This document shows positions 7,697 to 17,837 of a stretch of DNA of 34,550 nt, piece after piece. The notes below the pieces were generated by a model that saw only the letters and a list, made by a program, of their open reading frames with translations, was not told the DNA's origin and made no database searches. Positions within the stretch are counted from its first letter, which is position 1; each line of letters begins with the position of its first letter. The position numbers and the translations under genes are program-made. This stretch comes from Puniceicoccales bacterium (GTDB taxonomy: Bacteria > Verrucomicrobiota > Verrucomicrobiia > Opitutales > JAIRLG01), in contig JAIRRP010000005.1 of NCBI GenBank assembly GCA_031255915.1, positions 1 to 34,550 on the forward strand, in the 5' to 3' direction.

Positions 7697-7805
7697 GGTT
7701 TGCCGCCTTTGCACTAAGAAAAAAATGCAAAGCGGGAGCTTTCATTTTTCCTTAGCGCGGCCCGCGTCGCGGGCCAGAGCCCTTTGGGCTCAAAGGCGGC
7801 AAACC
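7697..7805 (-). repeat. Family B element, copy B4 (R orientation)
   Basis: This is the reverse complement of the B architecture. It shares with B3 the AAA hairpin-1 loop and the GCGCTAA long-hairpin base. It has one G-T pair (GCGC/GTGC). Confidence 0.85.
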
Positions 7806-7890
7806 CACGACAACCACCATTCCGAAGAAAACACTGACATCGAAAAATATGATTTTCCTCGCCGGCAGGAACGCAACTTTTTTCCTAAAA

Positions 7891-9018
7891 ATGGTGAGGC
7901 TCATCCAGGCATATATTTTCAAAGAAGGTTTTTTTCACATCCTTCTCTCGGTTACCGTTTTTGTTTTCATCCTCTTATCCGGCAACGCCATTCGCGATGT
8001 CCTGGAACTCGCGGCCGATGGCAAGGTCAGCCTTCTTCGAAGTCTAAAATTCCTCTGCATTTTAACCCCTTCCCTCATCTCCTACGCATTGCCGCTAGGC
8101 ATTCTTACCGGAACATTATTAACCATAGGAAAGCTGTCCTCAAATAACGAGATCCTCGTCCTTAAAAGCGCCGGCATCAGCCTCTTCCAAATCGCATCCC
8201 CCCTCCTACTCATCGCCATCGGCTTTACCATTTTTTCACTTTTCATCAATTTCGAATACGCGCCTAAGTCGATCGCAGCCTATCGACGTTCCCTAAAAGA
8301 AATGATCCGAGAAGATCCGATGAAATTCATCCGGCCTCGTACCTTTGTGCGCGAATTCCCGGGCTATATCCTCTTCGCAGATCGCAATGAACAGTCCCTA
8401 TTGCGAGATTTCTATATCTGGGAACTCGATTGGCAAGGATGCGTAACCGTCGTGGCCCATGCCGAGACAGCCGAAATTTCCTACGACACAGAACATGACC
8501 TACTTTTCCTAAGTCTTCGCCATGGGACAGCAGAAAAACGACCCCACGACACTCCGGAAAATTTTACGGAACAGTCCATTCCAATGCTCTTCTATGAACG
8601 CATGGATCTGCAACTTCCTCTCGGGGATCTATTGGCCCGTTACGGTTCGAGTGCCCAAAGGCTCAAATACATGACACTTTATGAACTCCTCCGGGCAAGA
8701 CGGTTAGCCATTCAGCAAAAAAACTTTCCGCACCAGATTTCAATTCAGCTCCAAATTCAAAGGCACTGCGTCATGGCCTTCGCCATCCTCTCGATGGTAC
8801 TTTTAGGAATCCCATTAGCGATGAAATCTCATCGCTCCGAAACTTTTATCCACCTCACGTTGGCCATTGCACTCTCCATGGCATTCTACTTCTCCGTCAT
8901 CGCACTGTCCTGGCTCGAAGATTCACCACGATGGCGCGCCGACATCCTCATTTGGTGCCCCAATATCCTACTGCAAATGCTCGGAATTTTTCTCTTCAAA
9001 AGGGCCGCCAAGCATTGA
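7891..9018 (+). CDS. LptF/LptG-family (YjgP/YjgQ) LPS export permease
   Basis: The N-terminus MVRLIQAYIFKEGFFHILLSVTVFVFILL fits the family start. Three N-terminal TM helices, a large periplasmic beta-jellyroll-sized insert and three C-terminal TM helices can be read from the hydrophobicity pattern. The upstream ATG at 7849 is an alternative start. Confidence 0.75.
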   Translation: MVRLIQAYIFKEGFFHILLSVTVFVFILLSGNAIRDVLELAADGKVSLLRSLKFLCILTPSLISYALPLGILTGTLLTIGKLSSNNEILVLKSAGISLFQIASPLLLIAIGFTIFSLFINFEYAPKSIAAYRRSLKEMIREDPMKFIRPRTFVREFPGYILFADRNEQSLLRDFYIWELDWQGCVTVVAHAETAEISYDTEHDLLFLSLRHGTAEKRPHDTPENFTEQSIPMLFYERMDLQLPLGDLLARYGSSAQRLKYMTLYELLRARRLAIQQKNFPHQISIQLQIQRHCVMAFAILSMVLLGIPLAMKSHRSETFIHLTLAIALSMAFYFSVIALSWLEDSPRWRADILIWCPNILLQMLGIFLFKRAAKH

Positions 9019-9139
9019 GCACGATTTTCGCACCATGTCCCTGATCGCCCAGGCGAGGTTCCTCGAATCTGAGATATTTCGAAATACGCGCCACAACGAG
9101 CACCATTGACACCTTTTCCGAAAAGGAATGATATTTCCT

Positions 9140-10375
9140 ATGGACTTCAAAAATTTATTTGCCGAGCGCATTGGTGGCCGCTCTTTCGGATTCGCAAAGG
9201 CCTACAAGATGGAAAAAATCAAACAGTCCAAACGTCGGGCCATGGAACACTTCCCAGAACGTCGTTTTCTGGACATGGGCATTGGCGAACCCGATGAAAT
9301 GGCGGATCAATCCGTCCTAGATGCGCTGCATAAAGCTGCCCAGAAGAGAGAAAATCGCGTCTATGCCGACAATGGTGGCTCCCTATTAAAAGAGACCGTC
9401 GCGAAGTATATGCACACCCTCTATGACGTCGATTTGGATTCCCAACGCGAGATTGTCCATTGCATCGGAGCCAAATCGGCACTTTCCTATCTGCCAGCTT
9501 GTTTCATAAATCCCGGTGATATGGTCGGTATTACTCAGCCGGGATATCCCATTTTAGGTCAGCATGTCCGCTTTCTCGGCGGAGAAATTTTTGAAATACC
9601 GCTCCTGGCGAAAAATCATTACTTGCCCGACCTAGACTCCATCCCGAATGACGTAGCCAAGAAGATGAAGCTACTCGCCCTCAACTATCCCCACAACCCA
9701 ACAGGGGCTGTGGCTACGGTCTCTTTTTTCAGAAAAGCCGTCGAATGGGCGTTTCAAAATGAGGTTATTTTAGTCAATGATGCCGCCTACGCGGCCCTAG
9801 TCCATGATGACCTGAAGCCGCTCTCACTACTCTCGATCCAAGGTGCCAAAGAGGTGGCAATCGAGATCCATTCGATGTCCAAAGCTTTCAACATGACGGG
9901 ATGGCGCTTGGGATGGGTTTGCGGGCAGGAAGAAATTATCAAAGCCTTTTCCTTTGTGAAGGATTATAGCGATTCCGGTCAATTTTTGGCGATTCAGGAG
10001 GCCGCCTGTACGGCCCTTTCTCAGCCCGAAATCACACGGCGAACAGCCCAGAAATACGCCCGAAGATGGAAAAATATAGCTTCCGTATTGGGTGAAAAAG
10101 GCATCATTGTCTCTCCCGCAAAAGCTGGATTTTTCCTTTATACATCCGCCCCTAAATGGGTGCGTTCCCGTCATGAGGAATCCCTGTCGTTTTCGAGCGC
10201 CGAAGTATGTGCACTCTGGCTATTGGAGGCCCTTGGCATCGTATGCGTCCCCTGGGACGAAACCGAGCCGGCATTGCGATTCTCCATGACCTTTGATGCT
10301 ACCTCGGCTGCAGAGGAAACTGCCTTCTATGAGGAACTAAAGCAGCGCCTCGCCCCTTATCAATTCGGCTTCTGA
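9140..10375 (+). CDS. class I/II PLP-dependent aminotransferase (possibly LL-diaminopimelate/aspartate aminotransferase-like)
   Basis: It carries the NYPHNPTG motif and the PLP-lysine motif SMSKAFNMTGWRLG. Substrate specificity cannot be set from sequence by eye. The start is either ATG 9140 (AAGGA 12 nt upstream) or ATG 9128. Confidence 0.85.
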   Translation: MDFKNLFAERIGGRSFGFAKAYKMEKIKQSKRRAMEHFPERRFLDMGIGEPDEMADQSVLDALHKAAQKRENRVYADNGGSLLKETVAKYMHTLYDVDLDSQREIVHCIGAKSALSYLPACFINPGDMVGITQPGYPILGQHVRFLGGEIFEIPLLAKNHYLPDLDSIPNDVAKKMKLLALNYPHNPTGAVATVSFFRKAVEWAFQNEVILVNDAAYAALVHDDLKPLSLLSIQGAKEVAIEIHSMSKAFNMTGWRLGWVCGQEEIIKAFSFVKDYSDSGQFLAIQEAACTALSQPEITRRTAQKYARRWKNIASVLGEKGIIVSPAKAGFFLYTSAPKWVRSRHEESLSFSSAEVCALWLLEALGIVCVPWDETEPALRFSMTFDATSAAEETAFYEELKQRLAPYQFGF

Positions 10376-10410
10376 TATTCTTCGGAAATTCGGTTATATA
10401 ACATTCCCAG

Positions 10411-10453
10411 GGCTCGGGAGTATTCGGTTTGCCCTAGACGATGCTCAAAAAAG
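10411..10453. repeat. degenerate junction remnant of families B and A
   Basis: GGCTCGGGAGTATTC-GGTTTGCC matches the flank plus first 8 nt of R-oriented B copies. It abuts CTAG-ACGATGCTCAAAAAAG, a diverged family A left end. Neither element continues beyond this. Confidence 0.55.
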
Positions 10454-10535
10454 TCCGCCAGACACATTACACCCCGAGCCACTCATCTTTCCGGTTTACA
10501 AAAACACATGATTCTCTCCAATCATCCCTCCCACC

Positions 10536-12041
10536 ATGAGGGCTATGAACGATTCCGACACAAGTGCTTCTCTAGAGAAGATAAGCCATGACCTTTTTTC
10601 CACCCGCAAGGCGAAGCTAGAAACCATGCGCCGCGATGGGCAAGACCCCTATCGCCAGAACTGGGATCAACGGCATACCAGCAGAACCGTGCGCGAGCGA
10701 TTGAAAGAAAAAGCCCATTCCATCACATCGAACGAAGTATCCCTAGCCGGTCGCATCGTAACCTTCCGGCTCATGGGGAAGGCCAGCTTTATCAAGATCC
10801 TTGATCGTGAGGGTATCTTACAGATCTACGTCACCCAACAGGCCATTGGCGAAAAGGATTACCAAGCGTTTAAAAAATACGACTTAGGTGATTTTATCGG
10901 TGTAAAAGGTACGCTCTTCCAAACCAAAACCGGAGAAATCACAGTTCGCGCCAATGCCATTCTCCTCATCTCGAAAGCTCTGCGGCCATTGCCAGAAAAA
11001 TGGCATGGCCTCGTGAATGATGATCATATCTATCGGCAGCGGTACCTCGCCCTCATCGCAGACCCCATATCTAGGGCAAGGGCCATTACGCGCACCGAAA
11101 TTCTCAAACACATTCGTCAATTTCTATGGTCTCGCGATTTTAGAGAAGTGGAAACTCCCGTCCTGCAGAATATCGCCGGTGGGGCCGCTGCCAGACCCTT
11201 CACAACTCACATGAATGCCCTGAATTGCGATTTTTATCTGCGCATCTCTCTAGAACTCTACCTCAAGCGCATGCTCATCGCCGGCTTCGATCGCGTATTC
11301 GAAATCGGTCGTGTATTCCGCAATGAAGGGCTCTCGCGGAAACACAATCCGGAATTTACGATGCTGGAGCTCTATCAGGCCTATGGCGATTATCGCGACA
11401 TGATGCGCCTCGTATACGACCTGATCCAACACCTCTGTCATGAAATATTGGGCCATACGCAAGTGATGCGACCCGATGGAAGCGCCATTGAACTCGGTAA
11501 TGAATGGCGTGAAGTCACCTATCGCGAGCTCCTACGGGAAGTTACAGGGGATCCATCATGGTTTTCCAGAAGCAAAAAGGAAAAGTTGCAATTCTGCTCC
11601 GAACACTCCGTCGAGGCATCAGGCGATGAAGAGGACTTTGAAGTCACCCATGCCATTTATGGCAAGCTAGTGGAGCCTTTTCTCATCCAACCGACCTTTG
11701 TGACACAACTTCCCAGAGAACTCTGCCCACTCGCCAAATTGAATTCCCAAGATCCCTCCGTCCTCGATGTATTTGAACTCTGCATCAACGGGCAGGAAAT
11801 CGCCCCTGCCTACTCTGAACAAAATGATCCTCTTCTCCAGAGAGAATTATTCGAAACACAGGTGGGCGACGATAAACAAAACCTGGATAACGATTTCCTG
11901 CATGCCCTAGAATATGGCATGCCACCCGCCGGAGGTATGGGTATCGGCATCGATCGCCTGATCGTTCTCCTGACAGAAGCGGATAGTATCCGCGATGTCA
12001 TCCTATTTCCCTCCATGAGACCCATCGACCACTCCGACTAA
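10536..12041 (+). CDS. lysS: lysine--tRNA ligase (class II)
   Basis: It has an OB anticodon-binding region and a class II core (FRNEGLSRKHNPEFTMLE, GGMGIGIDRL). An alternative ATG lies at 10545. Confidence 0.93.
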   Translation: MRAMNDSDTSASLEKISHDLFSTRKAKLETMRRDGQDPYRQNWDQRHTSRTVRERLKEKAHSITSNEVSLAGRIVTFRLMGKASFIKILDREGILQIYVTQQAIGEKDYQAFKKYDLGDFIGVKGTLFQTKTGEITVRANAILLISKALRPLPEKWHGLVNDDHIYRQRYLALIADPISRARAITRTEILKHIRQFLWSRDFREVETPVLQNIAGGAAARPFTTHMNALNCDFYLRISLELYLKRMLIAGFDRVFEIGRVFRNEGLSRKHNPEFTMLELYQAYGDYRDMMRLVYDLIQHLCHEILGHTQVMRPDGSAIELGNEWREVTYRELLREVTGDPSWFSRSKKEKLQFCSEHSVEASGDEEDFEVTHAIYGKLVEPFLIQPTFVTQLPRELCPLAKLNSQDPSVLDVFELCINGQEIAPAYSEQNDPLLQRELFETQVGDDKQNLDNDFLHALEYGMPPAGGMGIGIDRLIVLLTEADSIRDVILFPSMRPIDHSD

Positions 12042-12045
12042 GTCC

Positions 12046-13386
12046 ATGAAACAGGTTTTCATCAAGACTTATGGGTGTCAGATGAATGAACGCGACACCG
12101 AAGCCATTCGCGGATTGCTTAAATCTCATGGCTATGGCATCACGGATGAGGTCCACAACGCCGATGTCATTCTACTCAATACCTGTAGCATTCGAGAACA
12201 AGCGGAAATGAAGGCCATTGGAAAATTAACCTCGCTGTTTCAGCAAAAAAAACGCCGCGATTTACTCCTGGGCGTCTTTGGATGTATGGCCCAACATCAC
12301 GGAATAGAGCTACAAAAACGTATCCCCGCCATTGACTTTATCATCGGGACTGAGAAATTACACCACATCGCGGATTACCTTGATCGGCATTTTGCCAACA
12401 CAGCAGTAAATCCCAAAGGCACCATCGTCGACGTCACGGCGGAGCAGGATTCACAGAACAAAATTTCCACTCGTGATCTAAAACCAGGGCAAGTTTCGGC
12501 CTTTGTGTCGATCATGCAGGGCTGCAATATGCACTGCAGCTACTGCATCGTCCCAACAACACGTGGCCAAGAGCGCTACCGTCCCATGAAAGATATTCTC
12601 GATGAGATCCAGTACCTCATCATTCATGGCGTAAAGGAAGTCACACTCCTGGGCCAGATCGTCAATCATTACGGACAAGGCACATTCCCCATGGTCGATG
12701 GTAAAAGCCCTTTCGTCCAACTCCTGGAAGCTATTCAAGGCCTGGATGGCATCGAACGCATACGCTTTATGTCACCACATCCCGTAGGATTCCGCCATGA
12801 CCTCATCGGATGCTTCGGACGACTTTCAAAACTCTGTCCTCATATCCATTTGCCACTCCAAAGTGCCTCTGATCACATTCTGAAGGCCATGAAACGTCCC
12901 TACAGCTGCGACATATTCCGACAGATTGTCCAGCGCCTTCGAGAACGAGTACCGGATATGGCATTTTCGACCGACATCATCGTCGGGTTTCCGGGAGAAA
13001 CTGAAGAAGATTTTGACAAAACCGTAGCTTTTTTTGATGAGATCGCATTCGACATGGCCTTTATCTTCAAATACAGTCCTCGAAGTCATACACTGGCCGC
13101 CTTCATGGAAGAACAGATCGCCGAAAGTAAGAAAGAAGAACGCCAACAAGTCCTCCTGAAAACTCTAGAGCGACATTCCTATGAGCATAATCGAAAACTT
13201 ATCGGGACGACGCAACAAGTGCTGGTTGAAGGAAAAGCGCACCGAGGAGAGAGCAAGTTCTTCGGACGCAATGCCCATTTCCGCAAAGTCATCTTCGACG
13301 GCCATCCCGAACTCATCGGCCAAACAGTCGGTATCATCATCGAAAGAGCCAGCACGACGGCGCTCTTAGGGAAGGTACTTCCCTAA
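12046..13386 (+). CDS. miaB: tRNA (i6A37) methylthiotransferase MiaB
   Basis: It has the N-terminal UPF0004 cysteines (YGCQMN, NTCSIRE), the radical-SAM CNMHCSYC motif and a C-terminal TRAM-like domain. It starts 4 nt after the lysS stop. Confidence 0.9.
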   Translation: MKQVFIKTYGCQMNERDTEAIRGLLKSHGYGITDEVHNADVILLNTCSIREQAEMKAIGKLTSLFQQKKRRDLLLGVFGCMAQHHGIELQKRIPAIDFIIGTEKLHHIADYLDRHFANTAVNPKGTIVDVTAEQDSQNKISTRDLKPGQVSAFVSIMQGCNMHCSYCIVPTTRGQERYRPMKDILDEIQYLIIHGVKEVTLLGQIVNHYGQGTFPMVDGKSPFVQLLEAIQGLDGIERIRFMSPHPVGFRHDLIGCFGRLSKLCPHIHLPLQSASDHILKAMKRPYSCDIFRQIVQRLRERVPDMAFSTDIIVGFPGETEEDFDKTVAFFDEIAFDMAFIFKYSPRSHTLAAFMEEQIAESKKEERQQVLLKTLERHSYEHNRKLIGTTQQVLVEGKAHRGESKFFGRNAHFRKVIFDGHPELIGQTVGIIIERASTTALLGKVLP

Positions 13387-13390
13387 GATG

Positions 13391-13417
13391 AGAGCCTTCT
13401 CTCTCCGAGAAGGCTCT
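13391..13417. terminator. hairpin between convergent miaB and bioY (putative bidirectional terminator)
   Basis: AGAGCCTTCTC-TCTCC-GAGAAGGCTCT, a perfect 11-bp stem, lies 5 nt after the miaB stop. The flanking T-tracts are weak. Confidence 0.5.
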
Positions 13418-13427
13418 TGAGAAATTT

Positions 13428-14081
13428 TCAATTTCTCGCGCCGTCGCGCCCCTCGTGTGGCAAAGCACCCGAGCCACTTGGCACATACCGTTCAAAATGA
13501 CGACTGATCGTCGCAGCGATGACGGCTTTCAGAGTATCCCCTGGCAAGAATGGCCAAAAACCCGCCATCAAAAGATTCCCGCGAGGAACAAAGTACGACA
13601 GAACCCAATTTCCGAGCGCAAAGATGATGATTTCACCGACACCAAGAACTGCCAGTGTCCCCCACCATGTTTTGGCAAATCCCCTTGATTTGAGCCGACT
13701 GATAACCTCTGCAGATACAACCATTCCCAACAAGTATCCCGACTTCGCTCCCCAAAGCACTCCAGCCGAAGCTCCCGCCAAAACCGGCAAACCGCAGAGA
13801 CCTAGCAACCAGTAAATGGCGACAATAGGCGTCGCCAAAGAACCCATAGTGAGCGCTACACAGAATACCCCTAAGCTCTGCCCCGTAATCGGCACTGGAG
13901 TCCAGGGCAAAGGTATCGTTATTTGCGCCATAAGATAAAGAAGGAATACGCCGTAAGCCAATTTCAGCCACCAAGGCATTGAAATGAGCTGAAGCTGTGA
14001 TCCCAATCCTCTTGGTTGTGTAACATATATTTCTGCATTTTTCATAATATAGTTGTATTTATAATTCGGACTTTCATCCAA
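13428..14081 (-). CDS. bioY: biotin transporter BioY (ECF S-component)
   Basis: ITIPLPWTPVPITGQSLGVF, GLPVLAGASAG, KSGYLLGMVV and PFLPGDTLKAV match conserved BioY blocks. The start is uncertain: TTG 14081, ATG 14045 or ATG 13979. Confidence 0.85.
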   Translation of the reverse strand: MDESPNYKYNYIMKNAEIYVTQPRGLGSQLQLISMPWWLKLAYGVFLLYLMAQITIPLPWTPVPITGQSLGVFCVALTMGSLATPIVAIYWLLGLCGLPVLAGASAGVLWGAKSGYLLGMVVSAEVISRLKSRGFAKTWWGTLAVLGVGEIIIFALGNWVLSYFVPRGNLLMAGFWPFLPGDTLKAVIAATISRHFERYVPSGSGALPHEGRDGARN

Positions 14082-14181
14082 AATTCCTCACGAAAAAATA
14101 AGAAGAATAGTGATTATGTAATAAGTTTCACTTTTCAGAAGTCAATTCACTGTTCTCCGCATTCTTCATATGTCTCAAAAT

Positions 14182-14331
14182 CCAGAGGGTATCGTCAAAT
14201 AAAAGATTGATAAAGGGAGAAAAAGAAGGAGAGAGAAGGTATGGGAAAAAGGACACATAGAAGACTTGTTTCTGCATTCCACGCCCGCTCCATCTCTCTT
14301 TTGGTTGCCTGATCTTAATGACACTCTCTAG
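14182..14331 (+). mobile_element. Family A MITE-like hairpin element, copy A4 (forward)
   Basis: Ends read CCAG-AGGGTATCGTCAAATAAAAG ... CTGATCTTAATGACACTCT-CTAG. The terminal CTAG (14328-14331) contains the ftsH TAG stop. Confidence 0.8.
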
Positions 14332-16361
14332 GAATGCTTCGATTCTGAAGTATCTTCTCCCGGAGAGATCGATTCTATTTCCTGTTTATCCTGCTTTTCC
14401 TCCTGGTCTTTTTTATCAGCCGTATCATTTGATGCACCTTCAGTGGGATTGGGAGGTGATTTAGGCATTTCAAGCTCTGTTTGAAAATCCCCTGTTTGAA
14501 TCAACTCATACACTGAACGACCCTCAATGGTCTCATATTTGAGCAACGCATCCGCCAATTTTTCCAGTAAATGGCATTTTTCCAACAAGATGCAACGGGC
14601 CCGTTCCCTCTCTTCAGAGACAATTTTTAAAATCTCCAAATCGATCTTTTTCGCTGTTTCTTCACTGTAATTCTGCTCACGAGAAATTTCGCGGCCTAGA
14701 AAAATATGATCGCGATTATCTCCATAAGCGATGGGCCCTAAAGAAGTCATGCCCCAATCACAGACCATATTGCGCGCCATTTTTGTCGCCATTTTAATAT
14801 CCGACGAAGCACCACTCGTGACCTCCGTATCGCCAAATATCAATTCCTCGGCCACACGTCCTCCCATGGAACAACAAATACGTCCAAGGGCATTATGTTT
14901 CGTCGTGTTTAAAATATCCTTTTTCGGCAAAAACATCGTACTGCCAAGACTCTGTCCACGCGGAATGATCGTTACTTTATGGACAGGCAAATTACCGTCA
15001 TCGATCACTGCCTGGACGATAGCATGGCCTGCCTCGTGATAGGCCGTAATTTTCTTGTCCTTATCGTCCATGAGCTTCTTCCGCTCCCGACCATAGGCAA
15101 TTTTATCCCTCGCCTCCTCAATATCTTGACGTTCGACTTCCGTCTTATTGTGGCGAGCCGCCAAAAGCGCCGATTCGTTCAGAAGATTTTCCAAATCGGC
15201 ACCGGAAAATCCAGAAGTATTACGCGCCACATCTTCGAGATTCACATCCGAGACCATCTTGATCTTTTCCGCATGAACCTTGAGAATATCATGACGACCA
15301 TGAAGGTCCGGCAAATCGATCACCACTTGGCGATCAAAACGTCCCGGCCGCAATAAAGCATTATCCAAGACATCGGGCCGATTGGTCGCCGCGATAATGA
15401 TGACTCCCTCCCGACTGTCAAATCCATCCATCTCCACCAAAAGAGAATTGAGCGTCTGCTCGCGTTCATCGTTACCACCCCCTAAACCGGCTCCACGGTG
15501 CCGTCCCACGGCATCGATCTCGTCGATGAAGAGAATACAGGGAGCATTTTTTCTGGCCTGTTCAAACATATCGCGCACCCTCGCAGCGCCCACACCGACG
15601 AACATCTCGACAAAATCAGAACCACTGATGCTGAAAAACGGCACATCGGCCTCACCGGCAATGGCTCTGGCCAAAAGCGTCTTACCGGTTCCCGGAGGCC
15701 CCACCATTAGGCAACCTTTCGGGATCCTTCCGCCGATGTCCTGAAACTTTTTCGGACTTTTTAGAAAATCAATAATCTCAGCAACCTCTTCTTTGGCTTC
15801 GTCACAACCGGCCACGTCCTTAAGCGTCTTTTTTTTGTGATCAGGCGTAAGCATCTTCGCCCGACTTTTTGCAAATCCCATGGCATTGCGGCCGGCATTC
15901 CTGAGCTGACGGGAAAAGACGAAGTAGAAAATTCCAAAAATAATGAGTATCGGGAGCACACTTACCAAAATGTCGGTCCACAATGTATGTGAAGGTTTTT
16001 CTCTCCAATTAAGGGATGAACTCAGCAGTGCATTGAAACGATCACCCGTCAGTCTTCCCTGTGCCTCAAAGAGAACACTCTCCCTAGTTTCTCCATTCTC
16101 CAGCACCATGGGACGACCTAATTTGGCCTGGCCCTTGATTCGATACCATTCGGCTCCACGCGTTGGATCCGATTGAATAACACCCTGTAAAATTCTCCCT
16201 TCCTGTGAGGCCTGCAGCACTTGGTACGTCGTCCACTTTTGGACTTGTCCATGATACGGCGAGTAGCCTGACCATAGAGAGAAAATTCCAGCGATTACCA
16301 GGAACCAAATCGCCAATACTCTCAATTGGAATCTATTGAAAAAGAAATTTTTCCTTGCCAT
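14328..16361 (-). CDS. ftsH: ATP-dependent zinc metalloprotease FtsH
   Basis: It has an N-terminal TM pair, the AAA Walker [19 protein letters not shown], an SRH region and the zinc motif HEAGHA. The C-terminal tail is acidic. Confidence 0.95.
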   Translation of the reverse strand: MARKNFFFNRFQLRVLAIWFLVIAGIFSLWSGYSPYHGQVQKWTTYQVLQASQEGRILQGVIQSDPTRGAEWYRIKGQAKLGRPMVLENGETRESVLFEAQGRLTGDRFNALLSSSLNWREKPSHTLWTDILVSVLPILIIFGIFYFVFSRQLRNAGRNAMGFAKSRAKMLTPDHKKKTLKDVAGCDEAKEEVAEIIDFLKSPKKFQDIGGRIPKGCLMVGPPGTGKTLLARAIAGEADVPFFSISGSDFVEMFVGVGAARVRDMFEQARKNAPCILFIDEIDAVGRHRGAGLGGGNDEREQTLNSLLVEMDGFDSREGVIIIAATNRPDVLDNALLRPGRFDRQVVIDLPDLHGRHDILKVHAEKIKMVSDVNLEDVARNTSGFSGADLENLLNESALLAARHNKTEVERQDIEEARDKIAYGRERKKLMDDKDKKITAYHEAGHAIVQAVIDDGNLPVHKVTIIPRGQSLGSTMFLPKKDILNTTKHNALGRICCSMGGRVAEELIFGDTEVTSGASSDIKMATKMARNMVCDWGMTSLGPIAYGDNRDHIFLGREISREQNYSEETAKKIDLEILKIVSEERERARCILLEKCHLLEKLADALLKYETIEGRSVYELIQTGDFQTELEMPKSPPNPTEGASNDTADKKDQEEKQDKQEIESISPGEDTSESKHS

Positions 16362-16384
16362 TTCTACTGAGTCTCAAGGCATCT

Positions 16385-17815
16385 CTAAATCTCACAGAAT
16401 GTCAACTCAAGAGCCGAACGACTTTCCTCAGGAACTCTGAAATCTTCACAAAGTGGCAAAAAAGGCACCCAGATAATTTTTTCAGAATCAGGAAGCGCAA
16501 TAACCGGTAATTTTCGCCGCTTATCTATTGGAATTCTGCGCTCCTGAAACATTTTTTTCAGCTTCTTGTGACCCTGGAACCCCAATGGACGATAGGCATC
16601 CCCTGGTCGCCAATTTCTTACCAGAAGCAACTGATCCTCCCTTAGGCCCGTCTTGACACGAAGCACCTCCTGTAGAAATTTTCTTCCTTCTTTCTCCCTA
16701 TGGCATAGGGATTTTTTCAAAACACCGCCCGGAATCCCAACGCAGGGCGCCTGCCACAAAAGGGAATAATTTTCTGCCACCGTCATCGCCAATTTCGTAA
16801 GTCCAAGACAGCGATCTTTTACCCCAAGAACACTCCGGTCACCGAGGCTACAGCGAAAGTTTTTTCCCAAAAATAATGCCTCCAAGAGTTTTTCGAAATT
16901 CGCCCCACATACGCGCGCACGCAAATGACGCCGCTCCAGCCAAGCCTCCAAAATATAGCGATAAAGGGCCCGTGGCTGCCCATCCACTACCGAAAAATTA
17001 GGCATTTCGTCTTCGACGAGGTCGGAAAACGCGTGGGCAAAAAATCGCAGTGCCTCATCCGCTTCGCCTATCTGCCGCCATGTCTGACTCCAGCCCCCTC
17101 TCCACGGCCTCTGGGAAAATACTTCTTCCATCCGCGGGAGGAGATGATGGCGCACGCGATTTCTCAGATAAGTATCCTGGCCGTTGCTGCTGTCCTCACG
17201 CCAGGGAATCCCCGATTGTCCCATAGCCTCTGCCAGTTGTTTTCGCTCGAGATGAATCAGGGGACGTAAACGACGATAAGGGCCTATCAATTGAACCGCG
17301 AGCGGCGCAACCAACGCCCCCAAAGAAGCTCCCCGTACGGTACGCATGATCCATGATTCGCAAACATCATCCCAGTGATGTCCCAATAAAAGGCAGTGCC
17401 CCCCTTCCCGCAGCAGAACATTTTCAAAAAAAGCATAGCGATCCTCTCGCAGATCCGCCTCGGAACAACGAGGATTGGGCGGGCGCTTGGCTGAAAAAAA
17501 TATCAAGCCCAATGCCGCCGCTACTTCACGCATAAATGCTTCATCGCCATCGGATTCCTCACCGCGCAGGCCATGATTAAAGTGCAGAACAATAAATTTA
17601 TTCTCCGGAAAATGGAAATGGGAAAGCAACAGCAGGCATAGGGAATCGAGGCCACCGGAACAGGCGATTCCTACCGGATGCCCCTTTTCTTCGGAGAGAT
17701 GCTCGACCACTCGCTCCTCCCACAACTCCTTCGGGAGCCGACAGCCTAAGTCCACTGCATAATCCTGCCACTGCTTTTTGGGAAAACACTCATCTTGGGA
17801 TACTGCCACCTTCAA
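16385..17815 (-). CDS. tilS: tRNA(Ile)-lysidine synthase TilS
   Basis: It has the PP-loop SGGLDS (GIACSGGLDSLCLL). Length with the C-terminal substrate-binding domain fits. The conserved tilS-ftsH neighbourhood is present. Confidence 0.85.
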   Translation of the reverse strand: MKVAVSQDECFPKKQWQDYAVDLGCRLPKELWEERVVEHLSEEKGHPVGIACSGGLDSLCLLLLSHFHFPENKFIVLHFNHGLRGEESDGDEAFMREVAAALGLIFFSAKRPPNPRCSEADLREDRYAFFENVLLREGGHCLLLGHHWDDVCESWIMRTVRGASLGALVAPLAVQLIGPYRRLRPLIHLERKQLAEAMGQSGIPWREDSSNGQDTYLRNRVRHHLLPRMEEVFSQRPWRGGWSQTWRQIGEADEALRFFAHAFSDLVEDEMPNFSVVDGQPRALYRYILEAWLERRHLRARVCGANFEKLLEALFLGKNFRCSLGDRSVLGVKDRCLGLTKLAMTVAENYSLLWQAPCVGIPGGVLKKSLCHREKEGRKFLQEVLRVKTGLREDQLLLVRNWRPGDAYRPLGFQGHKKLKKMFQERRIPIDKRRKLPVIALPDSEKIIWVPFLPLCEDFRVPEESRSALELTFCEI

Positions 17816-17837
17816 TTCCTCCCGAGCTTTTCAGCCT

